The notes: a model not told the origin generated them from the letters alone. Numbered from the stretch's first letter, positions 11,848 through 22,621 are shown. The stretch is 64,000 nucleotides of DNA from Flavobacteriales bacterium (GCA_021741155.1 JAIOYP010000003.1:7950-71949), one strand, 5' to 3'. A program made the numbers and translations.

Positions 11848-12486
11848 CTAAAAACCAATTTGGGCAAAAATGTTTAGAAAGCGGTTATCAACAAGCAGTA
11901 TATAGATGATTCCAAATGGACAAAACATAAGGCTTATGTAGTGAACGGTCAAGAATAAAATTCTTGACGACTTTGGAAGGAGAATAAGTAACAGTGGAAG
12001 CATAAGCAGCCTAGGAGCGAGCGGATAGACGGTTTTGATAGGAGTTGCAATAAACACACCATTTGGAGTATTTACAGCGATTGCCACAATATCATTAAAA
12101 ATTGGGGTTATCTTAATTTTGACAGTTTGCGTTCTACCAATGTACTTACAGGCAAGAGCATTCACTTCCAAAATTTGACCTTCTATGATAGCAATGTTTC
12201 CAAGGCCGATGACACTCCCTGGCCGTCCGAAAGAACTTCGTTTGACCAAAGCGGGATACGCATCCTCCACCTTGCCATGTTTCCAATCGCTTGGAAAATG
12301 AAATCCAAGCAACATTATAGCACCAATGGCGAAGGCAACGAATGCCATTATTCTACTAAACTTATAGACCACGCTTTTTTTCAACTCCTCAACGAGTTCA
12401 GTTTCATCTTTCTCTTCCTGTTGAGCCCGTTGATTTCTTCTATATTGACCTAGAGCAGCCCTTCGTCTTCTTTCGTACTCGTCCAT
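11848..12486 (-). CDS. Hypothetical membrane protein
   Basis: Charged N-terminus (MDEYERRRR...), one TM segment, soluble loop, two C-terminal TM segments; start chosen at ATG 12486. Confidence 0.7.
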   Translation of the reverse strand: MDEYERRRRAALGQYRRNQRAQQEEKDETELVEELKKSVVYKFSRIMAFVAFAIGAIMLLGFHFPSDWKHGKVEDAYPALVKRSSFGRPGSVIGLGNIAIIEGQILEVNALACKYIGRTQTVKIKITPIFNDIVAIAVNTPNGVFIATPIKTVYPLAPRLLMLPLLLILLPKSSRILFLTVHYISLMFCPFGIIYILLVDNRFLNIFAQIGF

Positions 12487-12505
12487 TGAGCAAATATGAA
12501 CAAAC

Positions 12506-12531
12506 AAAAAACTCCAGCAATTGCTGGAGTT
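12506..12531 (-). terminator. Intrinsic terminator after raiA
   Basis: Perfect palindrome aactccagcaattgctggagtt followed by a T-run on the - strand. Confidence 0.8.
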
Positions 12532-12557
12532 CTTGGTATCAGATATTGAAACCGTAA

Positions 12558-12854
12558 CTACGGCATAGCCTTTTCCTTTTGTTTTTTGAGCTGTCTTCTT
12601 AAAGCTTCCACGGCTTGATCAGTTGCTTCCTCAAATGTTTTGCATTGGCGTTTAGCGAAGAGGTCATTCCCAGGTACCAACAATTTAATTTCAGCAATTT
12701 TATTCTCGGCAGAACTGCTTTTGTCTAGTCTAAGAAATACTTCGCTATCAATAATTGTGTTGCTAAACGTATTCAGCTTGCCAACTTTTTCTTCAACGAA
12801 ATTCAAGAGTTTCTCGTCTGCATCGAAATGGATTGATTGAATTTTAACTTTCAT
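12558..12854 (-). CDS. raiA: Ribosome-associated inhibitor / hibernation factor (RaiA/HPF)
   Basis: MKVKIQSIHFDADEKL..ENKIAEIKLLVPGNDLFAK..TFEEATD. Confidence 0.93.
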   Translation of the reverse strand: MKVKIQSIHFDADEKLLNFVEEKVGKLNTFSNTIIDSEVFLRLDKSSSAENKIAEIKLLVPGNDLFAKRQCKTFEEATDQAVEALRRQLKKQKEKAMP

Positions 12855-12865
12855 GGCTTCATGTT

Positions 12866-13762
12866 TTATGCCCTTGGATGGGCTTGTTCATAAATCTGTT
12901 TTAACTTCTCTATTGTATTGTGTGTGTAAACCTGCGTGGCTGAAAGATTGGCATGACCAAGCAACTCCTTAATGGCATTGAGGTCTGCTCCATTATTGAG
13001 CATGTGTGTAGCAAATGTGTGGCGTAATACATGCGGACTCTTTTTTCCAATGGTTGTTACCAATCGAAGGTACTTATTCACTTTTCGATAAACAAATCCG
13101 TCTGACATCATAGCACCATTATCATCGAGTAATAGGCACGTATCTATAGGAGATGTGCCAAAATGTTTCGATGTTGCTTTATAATACTCTTGGATTAGGC
13201 TTATTGTTTGAGGCGACAACGGAATGATGCGTTCTTTATTTCGTTTGCCGAGAACTTTTATTTCCTGTTTGGAAATATTAACATTTGATGCTTTTAGAGA
13301 AATCAGTTCTGCACGCCTCATTCCGGTGCAGTAAAGCAATTCGATGATGAGCTTATCTCGAACACCTTCAAAATCATGTCCAAATGCCATTCCATCGAGC
13401 AAATTCAGAATTTGAGATTGCTCTAGAAATAAAGGAAGCTTTTTCTTGGTTTTGAGCGAAACGATTTTGGCCATCGGGTTCTTCTCCAAAATTTCATTGC
13501 GTACCATATACTTATAGAAGGAGCGCAAACTGGAAATTTTACAATTAACAGAAGTGGCTTGAAGTTTCTCGTCTTCCAGAATGGAAATAATCCACGAACG
13601 AATGTCGTGATGGTCTACTTCATGAATAGAATTGATTTGTAAGTTCTCTGTAAGATGATGAAGAAACTGGTTGAGGTCTTTGGAATAAGCAAGAACAGTG
13701 TGCTGAGAAAATCGCTTTTCTTTCTTGATATAATCAATAAACCCTTCGACAATTTGGAGCAT
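12866..13762 (-). CDS. xerC: Chromosomal tyrosine recombinase (XerC-like)
   Basis: TGMRRAEL, GKRNKERIIP, HVLRHTFATH, LGHANLSATQVYT; conserved rpsU-xerC-raiA context. Confidence 0.88.
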   Translation of the reverse strand: MLQIVEGFIDYIKKEKRFSQHTVLAYSKDLNQFLHHLTENLQINSIHEVDHHDIRSWIISILEDEKLQATSVNCKISSLRSFYKYMVRNEILEKNPMAKIVSLKTKKKLPLFLEQSQILNLLDGMAFGHDFEGVRDKLIIELLYCTGMRRAELISLKASNVNISKQEIKVLGKRNKERIIPLSPQTISLIQEYYKATSKHFGTSPIDTCLLLDDNGAMMSDGFVYRKVNKYLRLVTTIGKKSPHVLRHTFATHMLNNGADLNAIKELLGHANLSATQVYTHNTIEKLKQIYEQAHPRA

Positions 13763-13799
13763 AAAAAAATTCCAGCTAGTATCTCACTAACTGGAATTT
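13763..13799 (-). terminator. Terminator-like hairpin after rpsU
   Basis: - strand aaattccagttagt-gagat-actagctggaattttttt. Confidence 0.7.
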
Positions 13800-13826
13800 C
13801 GATATAATGTTTCAGAAGTTTAAAAA

Positions 13827-14021
13827 CTATCCTTCGTCTTGGATGCGGAGACCTTGTACGTAAGCAGCTTTCTTCATTTCTTTTCTACGCTCAACTGATG
13901 GCTTCACGTATTGCTTTCGGTTTCGAAGATCACGCATTGCGCCTGTTTTTTCAAACTTACGTTTGAATTTTTTCAGACTTTTTTCGATGCTTTCGCCTTC
14001 TTTAACTGGAATAATCAACAT
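13827..14021 (-). CDS. rpsU: 30S ribosomal protein S21
   Basis: MLIIPVKEGESIEKSLKKFKRKFEKTG..YVKPSVERR. Confidence 0.97.
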   Translation of the reverse strand: MLIIPVKEGESIEKSLKKFKRKFEKTGAMRDLRNRKQYVKPSVERRKEMKKAAYVQGLRIQDEG

Positions 14022-14101
14022 ATCTATTACCTCTATTTGTTCAAAACGGGTGGCAAAAATACATTTTTATCTGTACCGCAAACAACCCGAAGATTATTAT
14101 T

Positions 14102-15868
14102 TTACTGTGGAACTTGAAAACTGAAATTATCTACTTGAATGTTGAGTTCTTGCTTATTGATGTTCCAGAAATAGACTTTGAATGAAACGGCATCTTTTCC
14201 GAAATGATAGGTTCGTCTTAGATGTAATTTGTGGCTATTCCAAGATGGACGAAGCCAGTGCATTGGAATCATGGTATAGGTTCCGTTTCCGGAAGAATCG
14301 GCAGACGTTACAATTAACTGACCATCCCAAAGCCCTCCTTTGACGCTTATCGTTGCATTCAATTCTAGGGCACCAGTTGTGCCTGGCAAGCTTGAAGTGG
14401 AATCATTTAGCAATTCATAAAACTCGTCTGAGCCATTGATTTCGGTTGTTCTTAATTGTACCGCCTTGGGTTCTGACCACTTTATAGGGTGGTTCCTTTT
14501 TAGCAAATAGACTCCGTTGGCTTCATCTACGTACATGGTGTCATAGGGAATGCTAGCGAAATCAAAATCGGCAGGACGGGCTATGATTAAATCGGCTAAG
14601 GTGTCTGGGACGGGGTCGCGCTGTAGAAGTTGAAGTTGCGCGTCATTTTGAAAGTTGTAATACGCCCAACCTAACTCATTTAAATACTCGGCACTTAGCA
14701 TAAGTGTTTTGCCTTGTTCTTTTTGATATTCTACTACTCTATTATATATGTCATCGCTTGCATGCCATTTGGGCCATAGAATGGTAGTTTCGAAATTGAA
14801 ATGATAAAGCATGTGAAAGGGAAAAAAAACGAATGACAGTCCAAGCCATTTGAGGTTTTTATTTGTTTGACTCAACTCATCCAACGCGCCAGCGAATGTG
14901 ATGAGAAAGAGCGGAATGTAGTACATGCCGACTCGGTTTTCTGGAAAGTTCATTCCGAAAATCCAATTTAGCAGAAGAGACCCAATGGCATTGAACAGCA
15001 ACATAAATGCGGACAACCGAACGGCAGACCACTGCAAACTTTTGGTTGCCAACCTCAGCAGTACAACCAACGATGCTATGGCCCCAATGGCAGTTATGAA
15101 GGTGGCAATGGTTTCGGATTCTACTTGCAATTGGTACCGAACGAGCGATTGAACAGTAACGCCAATGAATCCATCGTCAAACCCAGTGTAAAGGAGACCG
15201 CGTTCTTTTAACTCAAAGCCGTATTTGGCTGCTACAGCAAAAAACGAAAGTCCAAAACCAGACCAGGTGAGCAGATGTTGCCATCGGCTTTCTTCGGTTT
15301 GGAAGAGCACGAGAAATGAAAGCCCCAGCAATATGATGTATGAATTAATGAGCGTGAGGCTGGCGGCCACAGCCAAACACATCCAAAACCAAAGCATGAT
15401 TTGGTGCTTGAGTTTGGTGGTTCGCAGGTATTGTGCTCCGTGATAAATTGCGCCAAGCAAGAAGGCAAGGGACATGGCGTATCCTCGCGCTAGCGAGAAA
15501 AACTCTAGCGGAAAAACGGCCGTAAGAATGGCAATGAGCGTGACCCAACGTAGAAATCCGCTTTTCAGTTCTTGGGTAATACGAATGGCAAAGAATCCGT
15601 AGACCAAAAAGGAAAGGACGTTGGGAAGTCGAATCCAAATTTGTTCGGCTCCAAAAAGTTTGTAGCAGTAAAAGCCTAATGCGGAATTGAGGATGTGGTT
15701 ATTGGCATCCCAATGTGCTTGGTACGGCCAGTACTTCTCGGTTATGATGTAATGGAAAAATGTGGCGGCTTCATCGTGAAATGTTGGAACATACATGGCG
15801 CGAAGCACCACATAGACAAACACCACAAGAACCGAAAGTGCGGCAATTAGCCGCTCTACTTGACTCAT
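14102..15868 (-). CDS. Polytopic membrane protein, probable GT-C fold glycosyltransferase
   Basis: DEAATF acidic motif after TM1, WDANNHILNS, IRLPNVL, ARGYA, about 11 TM segments and a C-terminal soluble domain; start 15868 (ATG) or 15877 (TTG). Confidence 0.65.
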   Translation of the reverse strand: MSQVERLIAALSVLVVFVYVVLRAMYVPTFHDEAATFFHYIITEKYWPYQAHWDANNHILNSALGFYCYKLFGAEQIWIRLPNVLSFLVYGFFAIRITQELKSGFLRWVTLIAILTAVFPLEFFSLARGYAMSLAFLLGAIYHGAQYLRTTKLKHQIMLWFWMCLAVAASLTLINSYIILLGLSFLVLFQTEESRWQHLLTWSGFGLSFFAVAAKYGFELKERGLLYTGFDDGFIGVTVQSLVRYQLQVESETIATFITAIGAIASLVVLLRLATKSLQWSAVRLSAFMLLFNAIGSLLLNWIFGMNFPENRVGMYYIPLFLITFAGALDELSQTNKNLKWLGLSFVFFPFHMLYHFNFETTILWPKWHASDDIYNRVVEYQKEQGKTLMLSAEYLNELGWAYYNFQNDAQLQLLQRDPVPDTLADLIIARPADFDFASIPYDTMYVDEANGVYLLKRNHPIKWSEPKAVQLRTTEINGSDEFYELLNDSTSSLPGTTGALELNATISVKGGLWDGQLIVTSADSSGNGTYTMIPMHWLRPSWNSHKLHLRRTYHFGKDAVSFKVYFWNINKQELNIQVDNFSFQVPQ

Positions 15869-15901
15869 AAGCGGCAAGTTAGCCGAAGAATTTGAAAGGA
15901 A

Positions 15902-17044
15902 TTAACCTTTGATTAAATTCTTGGCAATGACGACTTTCTGAATTTCGGAAGTGCCTTCTCCAATGGTGCAGAGCTTGCTATCTCGGAAGAACTTTTCTGC
16001 TGGGAAATCTTTAGTGAATCCGTATCCGCCAAAAATCTGTACCGCTTCTGTACTAGAACGTACGCAAACTTCGGAGGCGTAATATTTGGCCATGGCGGAT
16101 TTAACGGTTACGTTGAGTCCGCGGTTTTTCATATCGGCAGCTTGGAGTGTGAGTAGTTCTGCTGCTTCGTACTCTGTGTGCATATCGGCTAGTTTGAATG
16201 CGATGCCTTGGAAATTGGCGATTGGTTGTCCGAATTGCTCGCGCTCTTTGGCGTATTTGGTGGCTGCTTTTGTTGCGCCTTTGGCGATTCCGAGAGAAAG
16301 GGCGGCAATGGAGATCCTTCCGCCATCTAGGACTTTCATGGCTTGAATGAAACCATCGCCTTCTTTGCCAATCATGTTGCTTTGGTGAACGCGGCAGTCT
16401 TGAAAAATCATCTCAGCGGTTTCTGAGGCGCGCATTCCGAGTTTGTTTTCTTTTTTGCCTGAAGAGAAGCCGGGTGTTCCTCGTTCAACGGCAAAGGCTG
16501 TCATTCCATGAGAATCTCCTTTTTCGCCTGTTCTGGTCATTACTACTGCAATGTCGCCAGAGATGGCGTGGGTGATGAAGTTTTTGGCGCCATTGATGAC
16601 CCAGTATTCGCCATCTTTTACGGCTGTGGTGTTCATGCCGCCTGAGTCTGAGCCTGTGTTGTGTTCGGTAAGACCCCATGCGCCAATCCACTCGGCCGTG
16701 GCAAGTTTGGGTAACCATCGTTTTTTCTGCTCTTCGTTGGCGTGTGCTAGAATGTGGCCTGTGCAGAGTGAGTTGTGTGCTGCCATGGACAGGGCAATGC
16801 TTCCGCACACGGCACCTATTTCGGTGATGGCTGTAACGTATTCGAGGTAGGATAGTCCGGCACCTCCGTATTCTTGTGGAACGAGAACTCCCATGAGGCC
16901 GAGTTCGCCCATTTGCTTGAAAAGCGGAATTGGGAATTCTTGGCTTTCATCCCACTCCATCATTTTTGGGCGGATGTTTTTTTCTGCAAAATCGCGGCAC
17001 ATTTCCGCGATCATTTTTTGGTTCTCGTTTTGTGAAAAATCCAT
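15902..17044 (-). CDS. Acyl-CoA dehydrogenase
   Basis: [38 protein letters not shown]. Confidence 0.96.
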   Translation of the reverse strand: MDFSQNENQKMIAEMCRDFAEKNIRPKMMEWDESQEFPIPLFKQMGELGLMGVLVPQEYGGAGLSYLEYVTAITEIGAVCGSIALSMAAHNSLCTGHILAHANEEQKKRWLPKLATAEWIGAWGLTEHNTGSDSGGMNTTAVKDGEYWVINGAKNFITHAISGDIAVVMTRTGEKGDSHGMTAFAVERGTPGFSSGKKENKLGMRASETAEMIFQDCRVHQSNMIGKEGDGFIQAMKVLDGGRISIAALSLGIAKGATKAATKYAKEREQFGQPIANFQGIAFKLADMHTEYEAAELLTLQAADMKNRGLNVTVKSAMAKYYASEVCVRSSTEAVQIFGGYGFTKDFPAEKFFRDSKLCTIGEGTSEIQKVVIAKNLIKG

Positions 17045-17130
17045 GTGTTTGTTGGTTCTATTCTATTGGGCCTTTTTAGGCTGATTGGCTATAGGCGTAC
17101 AAATTGGGTACGAATATGCTGATTGTGTTG

Positions 17131-17661
17131 CTATGAATAGCTAATGAGGCTTACAAAGTTGGTGGAATATTTATTCAAGGTGCTTTTGCCGTTTAAAAAA
17201 TCGAGGGTTACTACGAATGCGAAACCTGCAACATTTCCGTTTTGTTTTAGAATGAGTTCGGCAGCTGCGCCTGCTGTTCCGCCTGTGGCGAGTAGGTCAT
17301 CGTGAATGAGGACGTTCCAACCGGGTTGGATGACTTCGGTGTGCATTTCGATGGTTGCTGTTCCGTATTCGAGTTGGTATTGGTGAGAAATGGTTTTGTA
17401 GGGTAGTTTTCCGGCTTTGCGGACGGGGATGAATGGTATGTTGAGGAGTTGTGCCATCATCATTCCGAAGAAGAATCCTCGGCTTTCTACGCCAACGATG
17501 GCATCGATTTTCCAATCTGAGACTTGGTTGGCCATTGCTTCTGCGATGTCGGCACTGAGCTTTGTATCGAGGAGGATGGGGGTGATGTCTTTGAATAGAA
17601 TGCCGGGTTTGGGGAAATCGGGAACATCTCGGATTGCTTGTTTTACGCGGGTTTGGAGCAT
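17131..17661 (-). CDS. apt: Adenine phosphoribosyltransferase
   Basis: PDFPKPGILFKDITP, ESRGF, VLIHDDLLATGGT. Confidence 0.97.
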   Translation of the reverse strand: MLQTRVKQAIRDVPDFPKPGILFKDITPILLDTKLSADIAEAMANQVSDWKIDAIVGVESRGFFFGMMMAQLLNIPFIPVRKAGKLPYKTISHQYQLEYGTATIEMHTEVIQPGWNVLIHDDLLATGGTAGAAAELILKQNGNVAGFAFVVTLDFLNGKSTLNKYSTNFVSLISYS

Positions 17662-17788
17662 AGTGGCGGTGTATGGTGGGGTGCAATTTTACGATAGAAA
17701 TCTGCTGTACGCAAATGGGGTTTGGGTGTAGGGCAAAAGGAAAGGCTGATAGAATATACGCAGTTAGGAAACTCAATCAACGGCATCT

Positions 17789-18697
17789 TTATTCAACAAT
17801 CAGGTATGGCTTCAATTTGGTATAGGTATCTTCTTTAAGAATTTGAATTTTCTTGAGTTCTAGGAGTTTTTTGTACTTGCCGTGCTGTTGGCGATAATTG
17901 ACAATGGTCTTTGCGAGGTTGGGGTCGATGTATGGATGTTTGAGCAATTCTTGGTAATCTGCGGTGTTAACATTGATTCTCTTTCTTATAGTGGTGTCTA
18001 CGTGAACGGATTGGAGGATTGGCAGAATATGAGCGGAGTCTATTTTGTACAGTTCGAATAATTGATTCTTTGAAACGTATCCACCCAATTGCTCTCGATA
18101 TTTGAGAATGCGCTTGGCGTAGGATGGGCCAACTCCGTTGATTGTGACTAGCAGAGCTGAATCGGCAGTGTTCAACTCTACGATTGTCGGTTCATAGGTT
18201 GGTTTTTCCCATTTTGGATATTCTTCAAACTTCCGTTCTGCTCGTTCATCCGAAATTGGTTTGATGTCTATGAAAGGTTGAAGTTCTTTGTAGCGTTCGT
18301 CATTCACCATAAATAAATTCTTGATGTCTTCGGGCTTTCTGAATTTTGCTCCTTTACTTCTATACTTGAGAATGCTAGCGGTTTGTTTTGGGCTGAATCC
18401 GAGTGCTAGCCAGCCTGTACTGTCGAGTGTGTTTGGATCGAACTTGAAATGCTCGTAGGTTTTCGGAATCCATGGCTGTGGCGAGGCTTCTACTAGACTG
18501 ATTGAATCTATTTCTTCTTGAAATTGGACAATCGATGGTCCGTATTTCAATTGCATTTCTTCCCAATTGGCTTTCCAGAAAAAACGTTGGTAGAGATTGA
18601 ATACAATCAACGTAAATAGGAGAATTACCAGAACGATGATGGCGTTTCGCTCTGATCTATGGAATGAGAGATACTCTTTGAACCAAGTTGGCAGCAC
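17789..18697 (-). CDS. Helix-hairpin-helix (ComEA-family) DNA-binding membrane protein
   Basis: N-terminal TM segment; repeated FDPNT/LNTAD..L..INGVGP..A..I..YR modules. Confidence 0.85.
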   Translation of the reverse strand: MLPTWFKEYLSFHRSERNAIIVLVILLFTLIVFNLYQRFFWKANWEEMQLKYGPSIVQFQEEIDSISLVEASPQPWIPKTYEHFKFDPNTLDSTGWLALGFSPKQTASILKYRSKGAKFRKPEDIKNLFMVNDERYKELQPFIDIKPISDERAERKFEEYPKWEKPTYEPTIVELNTADSALLVTINGVGPSYAKRILKYREQLGGYVSKNQLFELYKIDSAHILPILQSVHVDTTIRKRINVNTADYQELLKHPYIDPNLAKTIVNYRQQHGKYKKLLELKKIQILKEDTYTKLKPYLIVE

Positions 18698-18753
18698 CTT
18701 TTCTCTGTATTATGACAGAGTTAAAGGTGGTTAATTTTTAGAACTCCAACAAG

Positions 18754-20346
18754 CTATTTTCCTTTAATGGCTTCCAAATATTTACCCAATTCCTCTTTTA
18801 CATAAGGGGCTAATATGAACAAGCCTATCATGTTTGGCACCATCATGGCAAAGATCATGGCATCGGAGAAGTCGAGTACTGAGCCCATTTTGGATGCTGC
18901 GCCTACTACTACAAACAGACAGAAAAGGATTTTATAGATTTTCTCGTTTCGGTCTGATTTTCCGAAGAGGAATGTCCAAGATTGCATGCCGTAGTATGAC
19001 CATGAAATCATGGTTGAGAAGGCAAAAAGCACCACGGCAATTGTTAGTATGATTGAGAAGTGAGGAATGACACTCTCGAATATGTGGCTGGTGAGGCCGA
19101 CTCCGGATAGTGTTCCAACGCCTTCGATTACGGCATTTCCGTTTGCATTGCCATAGGCGAATGCCCCTTCGATGTTGTAGATAACGATGACCAAGGCGGT
19201 CATGGTGCAAATGACAACGGTATCTATAAATGGCTCAAGTAAGGCAACGATTCCTTCTGAAGCCGCATGTTTTGTCTTTACGGCTGAATGGGCGATGGCG
19301 GCTGAACCGATACCGGCTTCGTTGGAGAAAGCGGCTCTTCTAAATCCTTGAATTAAAACGCCAATAGCACCACCGGCAATTCCTTCTCCAGTAAATGCGC
19401 CACTGAAAATGGCAGCGAATGCTTCGGGAATGTGACCGTAATTCATACCAATGATAACGAGTGCCGCACCTACATAAATGACTGCCATGAAGGGGACAAT
19501 CTTCTCGGTAACTTTGGCTATTCGTTGGATTCCTCCAAGAATGACGATTCCTACCAATACAGCGAGGATAATTCCGAAAACGGTTCCTGCGTAAGGGGAA
19601 GAAATACCTGCTGATGAAAGAAATATTTCTGCCGCTTGATTGGATTGAAACATGTTTCCTCCACCGAATGAGCCGCCAACACACATAATTGCAAAAATGA
19701 CAGCCAACGCTTTTCCTAAACCAGCCATGTTCTTGGCAGAAAGTCCTTTCGACAGATAGTACATAGGTCCTCCATAAACCCTACCATTGGCATCCACTTC
19801 ACGGAATCGAACACCTAGTGTGCACTCCACAAACTTTGACGACATGCCAAGCAATCCGGCAAGAACCATCCAGAATGTGGCTCCAGGACCACCGATGGCA
19901 ATTGCCACGGCAACACCAGCGATATTACCAAGGCCAACAGTTGCAGACAGAGCTGCCGTGAGAGCTTGGAAGTGATTAACCTCTCCATCTGCACCTTCAA
20001 TACGGATGGTATCTGGCTCATCGCCATTTACGATGTTCAAATCTGAAGGCATTTCTTCTACGGACTCATATTTTCCACGAACTGTATTGATGGCGACTCC
20101 GAACAATCTCAGCCCAGGAAATTTGAAGATGATGGTGAAATACAATGCTCCAAGGATTAATGGGAACAGGACCCAGAAAACCTGAATCTCATCCGTGAAC
20201 CGAATCTGATAAAAAATCAGGCTAACGAACCAGCCTGTAGCCTGACCAAAGTAGTAATCTATCTTCTGGTCTAGTCCCATTGTTTCCTGGGCAAAAGTGA
20301 GGATGGGCAATACATTTGCTACAAATAGTGCTAAAAGCTTCTTCAT
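18754..20346 (-). CDS. Alanine/glycine:cation symporter (AGCS family)
   Basis: FQALTAALSATVGLGNIAGVA, GGPGATFWM, FSNEAGIGSA, EPFIDTVVICT. Confidence 0.95.
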   Translation of the reverse strand: MKKLLALFVANVLPILTFAQETMGLDQKIDYYFGQATGWFVSLIFYQIRFTDEIQVFWVLFPLILGALYFTIIFKFPGLRLFGVAINTVRGKYESVEEMPSDLNIVNGDEPDTIRIEGADGEVNHFQALTAALSATVGLGNIAGVAVAIAIGGPGATFWMVLAGLLGMSSKFVECTLGVRFREVDANGRVYGGPMYYLSKGLSAKNMAGLGKALAVIFAIMCVGGSFGGGNMFQSNQAAEIFLSSAGISSPYAGTVFGIILAVLVGIVILGGIQRIAKVTEKIVPFMAVIYVGAALVIIGMNYGHIPEAFAAIFSGAFTGEGIAGGAIGVLIQGFRRAAFSNEAGIGSAAIAHSAVKTKHAASEGIVALLEPFIDTVVICTMTALVIVIYNIEGAFAYGNANGNAVIEGVGTLSGVGLTSHIFESVIPHFSIILTIAVVLFAFSTMISWSYYGMQSWTFLFGKSDRNEKIYKILFCLFVVVGAASKMGSVLDFSDAMIFAMMVPNMIGLFILAPYVKEELGKYLEAIKGK

Positions 20347-20437
20347 TGATGGTTTATTAAATTGCTGTGAATTGTTGGTTCAGAACAAAAGTCTAAAAAT
20401 AGATCAGAAGCGCAAGTGAGAAGATCCCTCAGGGTCT

Positions 20438-21349
20438 TCAAGATTTCATTTCTGCCAATTGTTTCTCGATCAGAGCAATTCCATCAACAAAACTATGCGG
20501 GTTATATCCCAGTTCTCTTCGTGCTTTATCTAGAATAAACCCAGTGATTGGCGGACGCTTTGCTGCTTGGTTGAGGGTTGAAGAAGAAACAGGATTGATG
20601 AGGCTTTTATCCAAGCCATAATAGTCGGCTACTGTACGGACGAGGTCTATAATGGAATACTGGTCTTTTCCAGAGATGTTGTAGATGCCTGTTGCGTTTT
20701 TGTCCACTGCCAAAATGCAGCCATCTGCTAAATCTTCGGCCAAGGTTGGTGAGCGGAATTGGTCATCAACCACATTGATTGGATTTCCTTTTTCCAATGC
20801 GCCTTTTGCCCAAAGCACAATATTGGAACGGCTCATGTTGTCTACAATTCCGTAAACGAGCACCGTTCTGAGAATTGCCCATTTTAGCCTGCTTTGCTGA
20901 ACGATAAGTTCTCCTTTCCATTTGGCTTTGCCGTAGTAGCTGAGTGGGTCGGCAATGCCTTCTTCATCGTAAGGACCTTCTTTTCCATTGAAAATGAAGT
21001 CGGTAGAAATATGAATGAGATGGCATTTGTTGCGTTCTGCAGCATCAACGATATACTGCACGGCTTGCACATTGGCTCGGTCGCAAGCAGCATGATCTAG
21101 TTCACAATCATCGACCTGCGTCATTGCTGCCGTATGGATTATGTAATCGGGTTTTACCTTATCTATTACCTCATCAACATTAGATTGATCTTCAATATTC
21201 AACGAATAAAAGGCGTAGCCATTTTGATTGAGCAAACGGTTTTCTCCCCTTGCCGTGGCTATGAGTTCAACATCTGCCCTGTCTTTGAGTTTATAAACTA
21301 TTTTCTGCCCCAACAGTCCATTGGAACCCGTGACTAGAATCTTCTTCAA
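20438..21349 (-). CDS. RmlD-like extended SDR (dTDP-4-dehydrorhamnose reductase family)
   Basis: VTGSNGLLG, HISTDFIFNG, YGKAK, DQFRSPT. Confidence 0.88.
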   Translation of the reverse strand: MKKILVTGSNGLLGQKIVYKLKDRADVELIATARGENRLLNQNGYAFYSLNIEDQSNVDEVIDKVKPDYIIHTAAMTQVDDCELDHAACDRANVQAVQYIVDAAERNKCHLIHISTDFIFNGKEGPYDEEGIADPLSYYGKAKWKGELIVQQSRLKWAILRTVLVYGIVDNMSRSNIVLWAKGALEKGNPINVVDDQFRSPTLAEDLADGCILAVDKNATGIYNISGKDQYSIIDLVRTVADYYGLDKSLINPVSSSTLNQAAKRPPITGFILDKARRELGYNPHSFVDGIALIEKQLAEMKS

Positions 21350-21350
21350 A

Positions 21351-22388
21351 CTAATTGGTTATGTCGTTTTTCATGTCGGTTATTTGCTTAGATGTTCCTA
21401 GTACAAACAACTTTGATCCTTCTTGAATTTGAGTTTGAGGCGTGGGATTAAAAACATATTCTCCTGCTGATGTCTTGAAACCCACGATATTGGCACCCCA
21501 ATTTTTGCGGACATTGAGTTCCTTGATGGTTTGTCCGATGTATGATTTTGGGAGCAAATCGCACTGAATTTCTTCAATATGGCTGTCTACTCGCGATTGG
21601 CCAGTGAGCATATCGATAAACTCAACCACATCCGGTTTCACAACAAGTTGAGCCATGTGCGCACCTCCAACTTTATCGGGCATAATTACGTTATCAACGC
21701 CTGCATGCCGCAGTTTTGTGTCTGAATTATCCTCAGAAGCACGGCTAATAATCTTCAATTTAGCACTATTAACCCTAGCAGTAAGTACCACAAATAGATT
21801 GTCTGCATCGTTGGGCAATGCTGCAATAAGTGCTCGTGCCTCGGTAATTCCTGCTCTTATCAGAACGTCATCTTGCGTTGCGTCTCCTTCAATAAAAAGC
21901 ACCTCCTTTTCCATTAACTCAGCAATGATGGCTTTGTCTTTTTCCACCACAACGCAGGTCACCCCGTTTTCTGTGAGTGTTTGGTAGGCTTGGCGGCCAT
22001 TCCGACCATAGCCGCAAAGTATGGTGTGGTTTTTCAATTTGCTGATAGATCTATCCACTCGAATGTGTAAAAGAAGTCTTCTGAATTCACCATCCACCAC
22101 GTATTTGGTTACCTCGGTAATGGTGTAGGCGAATGTACCAAAACTGCCGAGGATGAGAATAATCGTAAAGATTCTTCCATTGAAGGTGAGTGGCTTTACC
22201 TCGTTAAATCCGACTGTTGTTACTGTAATTACAGTCATATAAACGGCTTCCCAAAAATCGAAGCCTTCCACAAGCATAAATCCAGCTACGCCAAGCATCA
22301 ACAGCAAGGTGAGGATGACGAAAGGAAAATAGACGGACCGCATGCGTTTATTCACGACCCAAAGGAACGGATTGCTTACAAATCCCAA
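21351..22388 (-). CDS. Potassium channel with TrkA/RCK domains
   Basis: Pore TVTTVGFNEV, CGYGRNG, GDATQD, TrkA-C domain; alternative start ATG 22343. Confidence 0.92.
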   Translation of the reverse strand: MGFVSNPFLWVVNKRMRSVYFPFVILTLLLMLGVAGFMLVEGFDFWEAVYMTVITVTTVGFNEVKPLTFNGRIFTIILILGSFGTFAYTITEVTKYVVDGEFRRLLLHIRVDRSISKLKNHTILCGYGRNGRQAYQTLTENGVTCVVVEKDKAIIAELMEKEVLFIEGDATQDDVLIRAGITEARALIAALPNDADNLFVVLTARVNSAKLKIISRASEDNSDTKLRHAGVDNVIMPDKVGGAHMAQLVVKPDVVEFIDMLTGQSRVDSHIEEIQCDLLPKSYIGQTIKELNVRKNWGANIVGFKTSAGEYVFNPTPQTQIQEGSKLFVLGTSKQITDMKNDITN

Positions 22389-22621
22389 ACACTTTTGCGT
22401 TTAGGCTGAACGGTTGGTTTAAAATAATCCTTGTGCTCTAGAATAAACGAGCTAATAAGATACACGATAATGGGCGAACCGAACGTGAAAAACGATAGAT
22501 AAATGAAGTACACACGAATGCTCGTGGCCTTTATTCCGAGCTTTTCTCCCAGCCAAGAACACACACCAAAAATCTGAAATTCAACCAAGGAAACGACTTT
22601 ACTTTTATCTTCAGAAATCAC
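22376..22621 (-). CDS. PspC domain-containing small membrane protein
   Basis: FGVCSWLGEKLGIKATSIRVYFIYLSF; GTG at 22621 overlaps the upstream TGA (GTGA coupling). Confidence 0.8.
   Translation of the reverse strand: MISEDKSKVVSLVEFQIFGVCSWLGEKLGIKATSIRVYFIYLSFFTFGSPIIVYLISSFILEHKDYFKPTVQPKRKSVWDL

Noticed and set aside
12866-13762. Tyrosine recombinase as a prophage or island integrase
   Set aside because: Its size and rpsU/raiA context match chromosomal XerC; no att repeats or cargo were seen.
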